DNA of 37,221 bases from Clostridia bacterium. Lineage in GTDB: Bacteria > Bacillota > DUMD01. The DNA lies in contig DUMD01000022.1 in NCBI GenBank assembly GCA_012840065.1, forward strand, positions 1-37,221. The letters are read 5' to 3'. The notes under the pieces are model-generated. The model did not search any database. It had not been told where the DNA came from and saw nothing but the letters and a program-made list of their open reading frames with translations. Shown one piece after another: positions 17,626 through 28,574 of the stretch (positions are counted from its first letter, which is position 1; each line of letters opens with the position of its first letter). The position numbers were made by a program, and so were the translations under genes.

Positions 17626-18621
17626 CTATCCCAAATTACTCCCGCTATCTTCCTTTGTGTTTCCACTATCATAAAGTTCATAAGCTCTAATAATTTTTTG
17701 CACCAATTGATGCCGTACCACATCTTGCGCAGAAAGATAAACGAATTCTATTCCTTTTATATCGGATAATACCTTTCTAGCCTCTTCCAAACCTGAATAC
17801 TTACCCTTTGGCAAATCGATTTGGGTTACATCTCCAGTCACAACCACTTTTGAACCAAAACCCATTCTAGTTAAAAACATCTTCATTTGTTCTGTTGTAG
17901 TATTCTGAGCTTCATCTAAAATAATAAAAGAATCATCCAATGTCCTTCCTCGCATATAAGCCAAAGGAGCAACCTCTATTACATTTTTTTCTAAAAGCTT
18001 CTGATATGTTTCTACTCCTAAGATATCATATAAAGCATCATACAAAGGTCTCAGGTAGGGATCTACCTTTTCCTGCAAATCGCCTGGCAAAAAGCCCAAT
18101 TTTTCTCCTGCCTCCACTGCAGGCCGGGTTAAAATAATTCTATTAACTTGCTTGTTTCGTAAAGCAGCAACCGCCATTGCCATTGCCAAATAGGTTTTTC
18201 CGGTACCAGCCGGGCCAATCCCAAAAACAATATCATTCTCTCTAATAGCCTGAATATATTTTCTTTGTCCCCAAGTTTTAGGTTTTATTTGTTTTCCCCT
18301 GGCAGTTACAATTACCACATCAGAAAATATTTTTTCCAGCTTTTCTTCTTCATTATTTTGGAAAAGCTTTAATCCATAGTCTATTTCCTGAACAGAAATC
18401 TGATTCCCTTCTTGAATTAATCGAGTAAATTTATTAATAAACCTTTCTACCCGTTCCACCGACTCCCGTTCGCCTATAATGCTAATTTCTGTCCCCCTAG
18501 CTATAATTTGAACATCAAAGGCTTCTTCTATCATTTTTAAATTTTGTTCTTGTTTTCCTTGCAAAGTAATAGCCAAGTCATTACTTGGCAAACTAATCTT
18601 TAATTCCTGTTTTTGCTCCAA
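17626..18621 (-). CDS. phoH: PhoH-family ATPase
   Basis: Walker A GPAGTGKTYLAMA and IILDEAQN. TTG start at 18621 lies 9 nt after GGAGGAGG. Confidence 0.93.
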   Translation of the reverse strand: MEQKQELKISLPSNDLAITLQGKQEQNLKMIEEAFDVQIIARGTEISIIGERESVERVERFINKFTRLIQEGNQISVQEIDYGLKLFQNNEEEKLEKIFSDVVIVTARGKQIKPKTWGQRKYIQAIRENDIVFGIGPAGTGKTYLAMAMAVAALRNKQVNRIILTRPAVEAGEKLGFLPGDLQEKVDPYLRPLYDALYDILGVETYQKLLEKNVIEVAPLAYMRGRTLDDSFIILDEAQNTTTEQMKMFLTRMGFGSKVVVTGDVTQIDLPKGKYSGLEEARKVLSDIKGIEFVYLSAQDVVRHQLVQKIIRAYELYDSGNTKEDSGSNLG

Positions 18622-18654
18622 AAAATAAAGCCTCCTCCTTTAAAATTTATTAAC

Positions 18655-19887
18655 TCAGTATGATAAGTCTTGACCCTGTTCTTCGATCGGCACCGATTGG
18701 CCTAACTCTTCTTCTACTTCAACCAATAACCTTACTCTCACCAAATTCGGATCAGAAGTTAATATTTCCGTATATTTTTGCTCTATGATTTTTGCTTCCT
18801 GACTTATCTGTTCTCGTACAATGTTAAGAGCTAAATTTTTAGCATCCAAAAGAGCAGTATCCCTTTCAATTTGTTCAGGGATACGGTTTACTTCATAATA
18901 AGTTGTAATAATAGCTTCGACAGGTAGATTCAAATTCCTCCAAAAGGTAATTCTTTTAACATACTCTTCCTTTTGAAAATAACGAAACGGTACTTCTTTT
19001 TTATGCTGAGTAATAATTAATTTGTCTCCTATTTTCAAACCGGTTATCTTAAGTTCCTTACCTGTTCGCTGTTCAGTATATTTTATTAAAGGAGATTCCG
19101 CATAGGCTTCATACCATACCCTAGCCTTAATAATGCCCTTTGCTTTAACCATACGCTGCCGTGGAATAAGATAATTTTCTTCTTCACTTGTCTCTGTTAT
19201 ATGGTCCTCCATCAAGCCGCTGATCAAAATATCACCTTTTTTTACAGTTTGCCCTTTTTTAACCAGCTGTTTACCTTCCAGAACAATTACTTCCGTTATT
19301 ATCCCATCTTTATCTGCTATAATATGGGAAGGTCTGGGATCTTCTGGAGGAATAACTACTTTTTCAACTATTTTTATAAAAGCTTTCGTTCCCTTAATTT
19401 CAATACCAACCCAGGCCGTTTTATCCAGTTTAGTCATTAGACTTCTTTCTATTTGCCTCAGCTCAAGGTCAGACTTCCAAACCCCTACTTTTAAACCTGC
19501 TTCCTTTGCAGCTGTTAAAACCTCTGCAGTAGGGATTGTTTCCACTCCATTTACTTCAATAGACCAGATAAAAGATGATAATATATATATAATTATAATG
19601 AATAAAATCGGACCAACTAATAAAATTTTTCTTCTTCTTAGTCGTGCCAAAAAGAAAGGAAGACCATATTTACCTTCTATTTCTAACAAACAATCAATTG
19701 TTTTGCTTATTTCTTTTAACTGAATATAAGAATAGGTAGAAGTATTGAGTACCAGCCCATCCCTATCCCTTTGAACATCCCAGATATTTACCCCTCTGCT
19801 GACCGCTATATTTATTAACTTTTCTAAATTCCATCCTTTAATCCTAAGCTTATAATATCCTATTAAATAATGATATGTTTTGAGCAC
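18655..19887 (-). CDS. yqfD: sporulation protein YqfD
   Basis: 410 aa. N-terminus YYKLRIKGWNLEKLIN, a single central TM, and the conserved position after yqfC. GTG start. Confidence 0.88.
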   Translation of the reverse strand: MLKTYHYLIGYYKLRIKGWNLEKLINIAVSRGVNIWDVQRDRDGLVLNTSTYSYIQLKEISKTIDCLLEIEGKYGLPFFLARLRRRKILLVGPILFIIIIYILSSFIWSIEVNGVETIPTAEVLTAAKEAGLKVGVWKSDLELRQIERSLMTKLDKTAWVGIEIKGTKAFIKIVEKVVIPPEDPRPSHIIADKDGIITEVIVLEGKQLVKKGQTVKKGDILISGLMEDHITETSEEENYLIPRQRMVKAKGIIKARVWYEAYAESPLIKYTEQRTGKELKITGLKIGDKLIITQHKKEVPFRYFQKEEYVKRITFWRNLNLPVEAIITTYYEVNRIPEQIERDTALLDAKNLALNIVREQISQEAKIIEQKYTEILTSDPNLVRVRLLVEVEEELGQSVPIEEQGQDLSY

Positions 19888-19893
19888 GGATAT

Positions 19894-20184
19894 CTAATCC
19901 TCCTTCACAAAACTTACCTGATCAATACGGCCCTCAACAACGATTTCTTCAGAAATAATTGACCTGATTATCAAGTTTTGACCAGATATCCTTAGTTCCC
20001 CTCTCATTAAATTTACTCTAATCAGCTCAGGATCATATTGGATTATTCCCCTATGATTTTCTAAATACATTAGCATATTTCCAATCAAGGTTAGTTTAGG
20101 TAAATTCATGACAATATCTCTCGGTATTTCAAATAAATCAGCAACCTGAGAAGTCACTTTTTTTGCTCCGTCTTCCTGGTACAT
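19894..20184 (-). CDS. yqfC: sporulation protein YqfC
   Basis: 96 aa. The sequence LFEIPRDIVMNLPKLTLIGNMLMYLENHRGIIQY is typical of YqfC. Confidence 0.88.
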   Translation of the reverse strand: MYQEDGAKKVTSQVADLFEIPRDIVMNLPKLTLIGNMLMYLENHRGIIQYDPELIRVNLMRGELRISGQNLIIRSIISEEIVVEGRIDQVSFVKED

Positions 20185-20214
20185 CCTTCCACCCCCTGTC
20201 AGGCTCTCTTAACT

Positions 20215-20243
20215 AATTTATGCTTTAAAATTTAAAGAAATGA
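20215..20243 (-). promoter_or_regulatory. possible sigma-E-type promoter for yqfC-yqfD
   Basis: TCATTTC (20243-20237), 14-nt spacer, CATAAATT (20222-20215), about 30 nt upstream of the yqfC ATG. The recalled sigma-E consensus is kmATATT-N14-CATACAhT. Confidence 0.35.
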
Positions 20244-20251
20244 ATAAAAAA

Positions 20252-20290
20252 GGCTGACCTCAAAGAGCACAAAACTCTTTTCGGTCAACC
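20252..20290 (-). terminator. intrinsic terminator after yqeY
   Basis: On the minus strand GGTTGACCGAAAAGAG-ttttgtg-CTCTTTGAGGTCAGCC (16-bp stem with two internal mismatches) is followed by TTTTTTATT. Confidence 0.7.
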
Positions 20291-20308
20291 TTCTTGTTTA
20301 GTTTACTA

Positions 20309-20752
20309 TCAAGATAACCTCTGACGCACTAATTCGTTCACTATTTTACCGTCTGCCCGGCCTTTTATTTTTGGCATAATAGCTGCCATTACCTTACCCA
20401 GATCTTTAATTGACTGAGCATTAACTTCTTTAATTGTATCCTGAACAATAGCATCTATTTCTTCTGCTGTTAACTGTTCAGGTAAATAGTTCATTAAAAT
20501 CTTAATTTCTTCATTAAGTTGGTCAACCAAATCCTGCCGACCAGCTCTTTCATATTCGGGAATGGAATCCCGACGCATTTTTACTTCTTTAGCTAATACG
20601 TCAACAACTTCCTTCTCGTCAAGTTCTTTTTTTAAATCAATTTCAGCGTTTTTTATAGCTGCTCTGGCCATACGAATAACGGATAATTTTAGTTTATCCT
20701 TTGCTTTCATGGCAGTTTTCATATCATCCACTAATCTTTGTTTCAGGGACAT
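20309..20752 (-). CDS. yqeY: GatB/YqeY domain-containing protein
   Basis: 147 aa. The sequences LKQRLVDDMKTAMKAKDK...LSVIRM and KDLGKVMAAIMPKIKGRADGK are typical of YqeY. Confidence 0.9.
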   Translation of the reverse strand: MSLKQRLVDDMKTAMKAKDKLKLSVIRMARAAIKNAEIDLKKELDEKEVVDVLAKEVKMRRDSIPEYERAGRQDLVDQLNEEIKILMNYLPEQLTAEEIDAIVQDTIKEVNAQSIKDLGKVMAAIMPKIKGRADGKIVNELVRQRLS

Positions 20753-20772
20753 ATTTTTTCCCCCTTAAAATA

Positions 20773-20949
20773 CTAAAAATACCTCCGTTTGCGAGCTGCT
20801 TCAGATTTTTTCTTTCTTCTCACGCTGGGTTTATCATAATGTTCTCTTTTACGAGCTTCAGCCAAGATCCCCGCTTTTTGACACTCCCTTTTGAAACGTC
20901 TTAAAGCGCTATCTATAGATTCATTTTTTCCTACTTTAATATCAGCCAC
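20773..20949 (-). CDS. rpsU: 30S ribosomal protein S21 (not in the ORF track)
   Basis: The minus strand encodes [58 protein letters not shown] (58 aa). GTG start at 20949 follows GGGAGGGAGAATAA. The + strand ORF 20701..20904 is its shadow. Confidence 0.95.
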   Translation of the reverse strand: MADIKVGKNESIDSALRRFKRECQKAGILAEARKREHYDKPSVRRKKKSEAARKRRYF

Positions 20950-21051
20950 TTATTCTCCCTCCCTCCGCTACCAAGAATCATGCTAGAATTTAACTGGATT
21001 CATTAGTCCGATATAAACTGCGGAAAAAGCATGTTAGACATTCCGTTTCTC

Positions 21052-21081
21052 ATTATACAATACTCTTCAAAATCGTGTCAA
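21052..21081 (-). promoter_or_regulatory. sigma-A-type promoter upstream of rpsU
   Basis: TTGACA (21081-21076), 18-nt spacer, TATAAT (21057-21052). It leaves a leader of about 95 nt before the rpsU start. Confidence 0.6.
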
Positions 21082-21192
21082 CTTAATCAGCTAGCTAACA
21101 TTTTTCTGCGACTCCCTCAAATTAAAAAAAGATAAGAAATCTGGATAACTTTCAGGATAGCAGGTAGAAAATTTCCTTCATCCTAAGATTTT

Positions 21193-21537
21193 TTATCCTG
21201 GAGGCCAATTCATTTGACGGCCAGCTAAAAAATGAAAATGAATATGGAAAACAGATTGACCGCCTTCTTTTCCGCAATTTGCTACCAGACGATATCCAGA
21301 CCTTTCAACTTGGAATTCTTCGGCTAATTTGGGAATAATAGAAAAAATATTTGTTATTATCTCATTATCTTCTGTAGATAGATGCTGGAGCGTAGGAATA
21401 TGTTTTTTAGGTACAATTAGAAGATGAACAGGTGCTTGGGGAGCAAGATCACGAAAAACAACAACTAAATCATCCTCATAAACCAATTCCGCTGGAACCT
21501 GTTTAGTAGCAATCTTGCAAAAAATACAGTCATTCAT
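21193..21537 (-). CDS. histidine triad (HIT) nucleotide-binding protein
   Basis: 114 aa. N-terminal CIFCKI and the HIT motif HIHFHFLAG. Confidence 0.92.
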   Translation of the reverse strand: MNDCIFCKIATKQVPAELVYEDDLVVVFRDLAPQAPVHLLIVPKKHIPTLQHLSTEDNEIITNIFSIIPKLAEEFQVERSGYRLVANCGKEGGQSVFHIHFHFLAGRQMNWPPG

Positions 21538-21646
21538 TTAAATGCACCTCCCCCCGATTCAAGAATATTTTTTATTTATAAGTTCTACAATAATTATAGA
21601 AAACCTTGCTTACTATTTAGGTAAACTTAATTTAACTCAAATAAAG

Positions 21647-22948
21647 CTAAACAATTAATTTGCCAATTAGTATATCCTTTTCCCTTTGGAAAATTTTAAC
21701 CCTAACCAGTTCCCCTTCCAGGGCTTCATCCGAAGCAAATTCAACTCTAAGATAAGTATCAGTTAAACCCTGCCATCTACCACTACAAGTCCTGCTTTCT
21801 ACTAAAACTTCCACTTCTTTATTTAAATAGGAATTGGCATAATTAAAAGCCATTTCTTCTGCTATCATATGCATTTTTTTACTTCTTTCTTCTTTAATCT
21901 GTTTACTTATTTGATTGGGAAAATCAGCAGCGGGCGTTCCTTTTCGGGGAGAGTAAGAAAAAATGTGCATTCTGCTAAAACCTATTTGTTTAACAAAATT
22001 ACAGGTATTTCTAAAATGCTCCTCTTTTTCGCCGGGAAAACCAACAATTAAATCTGTGGTTATAGCAATTTGCGGAATTTTTTCTCGTAAAACATCAATT
22101 AGTTGTTTATATTCTTCCGTTGTATAATGCCTATTCATTGCCCGCAAAATTTCATTATCCCCACTCTGCAAAGGAATGTGTAAATGACGGCAGAATTTAG
22201 GAACAGTTAACATTGCCTCAATTAATTTATTTGTTATATCGTTGGAATCAATAGAACTGAGCCTAATTCTAACCAGTCCGGCCACTTTACTTATTGCTAA
22301 AATAACATCAGCTAAATCAGTACCGTCCTTAAAATCTGCTCCATACAATCCCAGATGAATACCTGTTAAAACTATTTCTCGATACCCTTTTGCCGTCAGC
22401 CGCTCCACCTCAGCAACAATTTCCTTTAAAGGTCTACTACGCACAGGTCCCCGGACATATGGAATTATGCAATAAGTACAAAACTGATTACATCCCTCTT
22501 GTATTTTTACATATGCTCTCGTCTTTTCTCCAAATTCCTCAATTTCTAAAGGTTCAAATTCTTTGGTTTCCATAATATCACTTACCCAAAAAATTTGTTT
22601 TTTTCTTTCAGCAACCTCTTCCACTAATTCAACAATTCTTTTTCTTTCCTGGGTACCTACTACCAAGTCAAGCCCAGGAATTTCACTTAGTTTTTTCCCG
22701 GCTATCTGGGCATAACAGCCGGTAACTGCTACTATCGCATTAGGGTTTTGCTTGATTGCCCTTCTAATCATCTGACGTGATTTACGATCGCCCTCATTAG
22801 TAACAGTACAAGAATTTACAATATATACATCGGCTGGGTTATGAAAATCCTCAATTTCATAACCTTTTTTCTTAAATAGTTCAGCCATCGCTTCCGTATC
22901 GTATTGGTTGACTTTACAGCCCAAAGTATAAAAGGCGACCTTAGCCAT
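21647..22948 (-). CDS. mtaB: tRNA t6A37 methylthiotransferase MtaB (radical SAM, YqeV)
   Basis: 433 aa. UPF0004 N-terminal domain, radical-SAM motif CNQFCTYC and a C-terminal TRAM-like domain. It occupies the conserved position after rsmE. Confidence 0.88.
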   Translation of the reverse strand: MAKVAFYTLGCKVNQYDTEAMAELFKKKGYEIEDFHNPADVYIVNSCTVTNEGDRKSRQMIRRAIKQNPNAIVAVTGCYAQIAGKKLSEIPGLDLVVGTQERKRIVELVEEVAERKKQIFWVSDIMETKEFEPLEIEEFGEKTRAYVKIQEGCNQFCTYCIIPYVRGPVRSRPLKEIVAEVERLTAKGYREIVLTGIHLGLYGADFKDGTDLADVILAISKVAGLVRIRLSSIDSNDITNKLIEAMLTVPKFCRHLHIPLQSGDNEILRAMNRHYTTEEYKQLIDVLREKIPQIAITTDLIVGFPGEKEEHFRNTCNFVKQIGFSRMHIFSYSPRKGTPAADFPNQISKQIKEERSKKMHMIAEEMAFNYANSYLNKEVEVLVESRTCSGRWQGLTDTYLRVEFASDEALEGELVRVKIFQREKDILIGKLIV

Positions 22949-22954
22949 AATTAT

Positions 22955-23695
22955 TTATCCTCCTATTTGTCCAAAATGGTATAAAACCATGGTCAATCCT
23001 GCCATTCCTGCCGTTTCCGTCCTTAAAATCCTTCTTCCAAGAGTAACAGGATGCCAACCTTTTTCTTGAGCAATTTTTATTTCTTCCGGCGCAAATCCAC
23101 CTTCCGGCCCTACTAATAAATGTATTTCTCGAGAGTAAGGGTTAAGCTCCAACAGTTTCCTTAGACTATTCTCTTTTTCCGTTTCAGCAAACATAAGATA
23201 CAAGCATTTATCCTGAGAAAATAAAGTTATTTCCTGCCAATTTTTAATAGGATTAATAACCGGAATAACACTTCTCCTACACTGTTTTGCCGCTTCATGT
23301 GCAATTCTCTGCCACCGTTTTTCCCGCTCTTTTTCTTTTTTTTGATTCAGTTTTACTATTGTATACTTACTATAAACAGGATTAATTTCAGCTACTCCTA
23401 ATTCGGTACATTTTTGGATAATGAAATCCATTTTATCCCCTTTTGGTATGCTCTGCCAAAGAACAACTTTGACCTCAGGTTCAGGGTTAGAATCAAGTCT
23501 TTGCACAACCCGGCAGAGAATTTTTTCATTCACTTCAACTATTTCAGCTAAAAATTCATTTCCATTGCCATCAGCCACTTGAATCCTATCGCCAGGCCCA
23601 GATCTTAAAACTTTTCGTAAATGATAGGCTTCAGAACCACTGATAATAACTTTTTCATCCTTTATATCTGAAGGTAACACAAAAACCCGGTTCAC
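22955..23695 (-). CDS. rsmE: 16S rRNA (uracil1498-N3)-methyltransferase RsmE
   Basis: 246 aa. PUA-like N-terminus (HLRKVLR) and the C-terminal SPOUT motif GPEGGF...LGRRILRTETA. GTG start 7 nt after AGGAGG. Confidence 0.9.
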   Translation of the reverse strand: MNRVFVLPSDIKDEKVIISGSEAYHLRKVLRSGPGDRIQVADGNGNEFLAEIVEVNEKILCRVVQRLDSNPEPEVKVVLWQSIPKGDKMDFIIQKCTELGVAEINPVYSKYTIVKLNQKKEKEREKRWQRIAHEAAKQCRRSVIPVINPIKNWQEITLFSQDKCLYLMFAETEKENSLRKLLELNPYSREIHLLVGPEGGFAPEEIKIAQEKGWHPVTLGRRILRTETAGMAGLTMVLYHFGQIGG

Positions 23696-23708
23696 CTATC
23701 TGCCTCCT

Positions 23709-24653
23709 TTAAGCCGGCGTCCGGCGGGCAACAATGCAAACCCATTCACCTTGCCTATTCAGCTCAAGAATTTGATACTTGAATTTTTCTAATATTTCAA
23801 CAACTTCTTGTTCACGTTCTAAAATTATTCCTCCTGCAATAAATATTCCCCCAGGGCGAAGAACAGCATTTAATTGAGGAATAAGATCAATTATAATTTT
23901 GGCAATTATATTAGCCAACACTAAATCTGCCTGCTTAAATGAACTAGGGACTAAATCTCCATATTCTACTTTTATTATGTCTTGTTCATTATTAAGCTGA
24001 ATATTCTTTTCAGCCACCTCTACCGCAACCGGATCAACATCAATCGCCATTACACTGCCTGCCCCTAATTTAGCAGCAGCAATGGCTAAAATACCCGATC
24101 CTGTTCCTACATCCAGCACTGAATCACCGGGATTGAGATATTTTTCCATGGCCAACAAACACATATTAGTAGAGGGGTGAGTTCCAGTACCGAAAGCCAT
24201 ACCGGGATCAAGGGAAATAACTCTTTCTCCTTCCTTTGGAGAATAGTCTTCCCAGCTAGGCCTAATTACCAAACTTTTACCTACTTTTAAGGGTTTATAA
24301 TATGCTTTCCAGGAATTAGCCCAATCCTCTTCGTTTATTTCTGTTATTACCGCAATCGGAATGTCTTCCTCACATCCATCGGCAGCAAATCTTGAATTTA
24401 AAATTTCTTTCAACTCTTCCACTTTTAAAAAGAGCTCGTCGTTTGCCGGCAGATATCCTTTAATAACAACTCCTTCAAAATCATATTCCAAAAGCTTTTG
24501 ATCATAGCAATCCCAACAATTTTCCTTGATATATTTACCTACTAAAGCAGGATCTTCAATAACGACGCCGTTTACCCCTATTTCATACAGACAGTCGATA
24601 ACCTTTTCAGATCTCTCTTCATTGGTCCTAATGCTGATTTCAGCCCACTTCAT
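23709..24653 (-). CDS. prmA: ribosomal protein L11 methyltransferase
   Basis: 314 aa. SAM motif VLDVGTGSGILAIAAAKLGA and the PrmA N-terminal domain. Confidence 0.93.
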   Translation of the reverse strand: MKWAEISIRTNEERSEKVIDCLYEIGVNGVVIEDPALVGKYIKENCWDCYDQKLLEYDFEGVVIKGYLPANDELFLKVEELKEILNSRFAADGCEEDIPIAVITEINEEDWANSWKAYYKPLKVGKSLVIRPSWEDYSPKEGERVISLDPGMAFGTGTHPSTNMCLLAMEKYLNPGDSVLDVGTGSGILAIAAAKLGAGSVMAIDVDPVAVEVAEKNIQLNNEQDIIKVEYGDLVPSSFKQADLVLANIIAKIIIDLIPQLNAVLRPGGIFIAGGIILEREQEVVEILEKFKYQILELNRQGEWVCIVARRTPA

Positions 24654-24673
24654 ATTCTCGCTCCCCTATTTTT

Positions 24674-25876
24674 TTATATTCCAAAGGTATCTTTCATTCT
24701 TTCAAAAAAACCCTTTTGCTCTCCCTTGCCCTCAGCCTTCTTTTCACTTTTGCTATCCATTTTTTCGCCAGAGGATTTTCCAGAATCCTTTTCCTCACTT
24801 AAACGGGCAAATTCTTTTAACAACTCACGCTGTCTTGGAGTTAAATTGGTTGGTGTTTTTACAATTATCCTAACATGCTGATCTCCCCGACCAAATCCTC
24901 TTAAATTAGGAAACCCTCTTTTTCTTAATCTAAATGAAGTTCCAGTTTGAGTTCCTTCCGGAATTTTTAGAACAACAGGTCCGTCCAAAGTTGGAACTTC
25001 CACTTCATCTCCCAGAGCAGCCTGAGTAAAAGATATTTCTAAATCATAGATAACATCAGAGTCTCTACGTTTGAAATATTTATGCGGTCTTACCTGAATA
25101 AAAACATACAGATCGCCTGGCGGTCCTCCTAAGGTTCCTGCCTCCCCTTCACCTGCAATTCTAATCCGAGAACCAGTATCAACTCCGGGAGGAATTTTTA
25201 CCTGGATTGTCCTAACCTTTTGGGTTCTTCCTTTCCCTCTGCATTCAGGGCAAGGAGTTTCAATTATATGTCCTTCTCCTCCACAAGCTTCACAAGTCCT
25301 TACACTTACAAACCTGCCTAAAGCGGTATTTCTAACATACTGAACCTGGCCTGTTCCTTGACAGGTTGGGCAGGTTTTAGGTTGGGTACCAGCTTTTGCT
25401 CCCGTACCATTACAAGCAGAACATTTTTCCATTCTGGGAACCTTAATTTCGGTTTCCAAACCAAAAGCAGCTTCCTCAAAACTAATCTCTAAATCATACC
25501 TTAAATCTGCTCCTCTTTGAGGAGTCCTTCTCTGCTCCCTGGCGCCCATACCACTGCCAAAGAACATATCAAAAATGTCTCCAAAACCCGTGCCAAAACC
25601 ACCAAAACCACCAAAATCAGCATTATTCCCAAAACCAAATCCCCATTGACCTTGACCATCTGCATGACCAAACTGGTCGTAACGTGCTCGTTTTTGGGGA
25701 TCACTAAGAACATCATATGCTTCTGCAATTTCCTTAAATTTTTCTTCCGCATTGGGATCATCCTTATTAGCATCCGGATGATACTGACGAGCCAATTTCC
25801 TATAAGCTTTTTTTATTTCTTCGGCTGTTGCATCCCTGCTTACTCCCAATACCTCATAATAATCCCTTTTCGCCAA
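24674..25876 (-). CDS. dnaJ: molecular chaperone DnaJ (type I)
   Basis: J domain with HPD, a G/F-rich linker and four CxxCxGxG repeats ([32 protein letters not shown]). TTG start at 25876 lies 8 nt after AGAGGTGGTGA. Confidence 0.96.
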   Translation of the reverse strand: MAKRDYYEVLGVSRDATAEEIKKAYRKLARQYHPDANKDDPNAEEKFKEIAEAYDVLSDPQKRARYDQFGHADGQGQWGFGFGNNADFGGFGGFGTGFGDIFDMFFGSGMGAREQRRTPQRGADLRYDLEISFEEAAFGLETEIKVPRMEKCSACNGTGAKAGTQPKTCPTCQGTGQVQYVRNTALGRFVSVRTCEACGGEGHIIETPCPECRGKGRTQKVRTIQVKIPPGVDTGSRIRIAGEGEAGTLGGPPGDLYVFIQVRPHKYFKRRDSDVIYDLEISFTQAALGDEVEVPTLDGPVVLKIPEGTQTGTSFRLRKRGFPNLRGFGRGDQHVRIIVKTPTNLTPRQRELLKEFARLSEEKDSGKSSGEKMDSKSEKKAEGKGEQKGFFERMKDTFGI

Positions 25877-25928
25877 TTAATATTTCACCACCTCTAAATG
25901 GGTTAAGTAACTCTTCAAAACATAAAAG

Positions 25929-25950
25929 GGAAAGGGGTTAACCCCTTTCC
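25929..25950 (-). terminator. palindromic hairpin between dnaK and dnaJ (partial terminator or processing site)
   Basis: Perfect 22-nt palindrome ggaaaggggttaacccctttcc (9-bp GC-rich stem). On the minus strand it is followed by cttttatgtttt. Confidence 0.5.
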
Positions 25951-25958
25951 GGAATTTT

Positions 25959-27797
<1,839 letters not shown>

Positions 27798-27838
27798 TCA
27801 TCCTCCTCAAACTAGTTTATTTTTAATTTGGTCAAGAT

Positions 27839-28462
27839 TTAACCCGGCAACTTAGTTATCTTCACAAATGCAGGGCGAATTAATTTTGTTCCAAATTTGG
27901 TTTTCATGATATAGCCCTTTTGCAGTTCTTCAATTACCGTATTTTCCGGATATTCATCTGTTTCTTCAATCATAATTGCTTCCTGACATTCTGGATCAAA
28001 TTCTTTTCCTATTTCCACAGTAACAGGAAATACATTCTTTTTAGTTAATAGTCTCTGAAATTTGTTAAGAGCCATATCTAGACCAGAAATAATTGCATCA
28101 ACACTTTTAGTACTCTTAGCTGAATCAACAGCCCGTTCAAAATCATCAACTACGGGTAAGAAATCTTTAATAAAATACTCGCTGACCATATCAACTAGGC
28201 CCTCTTTTTCTAATAGGGTTCGTTTTCTATAATTATCAAAATCTGCCTGAAGCCTTATGTATCTGTTGTTTAGTTCTTCCAACTCCTTTGCTTTTGCTGC
28301 CAATTCCTGTTCTAACTCAACCTTCTTAGCAGTCTCTTTATCTCCAATCTGCTCTTCGTTAATCTGTTCCACAGTTTCTTCCTTATTTGTTTCTTCATTT
28401 GCCTGTTCAAGATCACTTGTCTCTTTAAGATCTAGGTGATCCAAATTATTCTCATCAGTCAT
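27839..28462 (-). CDS. grpE: nucleotide exchange factor GrpE
   Basis: Acidic N-terminus, coiled coil (RLQADFDNYRKR) and a C-terminal beta domain. ATG at 28462 lies 8 nt after AAAGGTGG. The track's GTG at 28474 falls inside the RBS. Confidence 0.94.
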   Translation of the reverse strand: MTDENNLDHLDLKETSDLEQANEETNKEETVEQINEEQIGDKETAKKVELEQELAAKAKELEELNNRYIRLQADFDNYRKRTLLEKEGLVDMVSEYFIKDFLPVVDDFERAVDSAKSTKSVDAIISGLDMALNKFQRLLTKKNVFPVTVEIGKEFDPECQEAIMIEETDEYPENTVIEELQKGYIMKTKFGTKLIRPAFVKITKLPG

Positions 28463-28574
28463 TCTAATTACCACCTTTCTTATCTTTCCTATTCCAATTA
28501 ATTATTGTAAATTACATTTATCTAACTCAAACTAGGAGTTAAATAAATTATAACTACCTTCCTTCTAAAATAGA

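Noticed and set aside
24526-24873. 115-aa + strand ORF spanning the prmA/dnaJ junction
   Set aside because: It is antisense to two conserved genes and shows no coding signature.
25501-25897. 90-aa (-) and 126-aa (+) ORFs overlapping the 5' part of dnaJ
   Set aside because: They are alternative-frame or antisense readings of the J-domain and G/F-rich region. The dnaJ frame is unambiguous.
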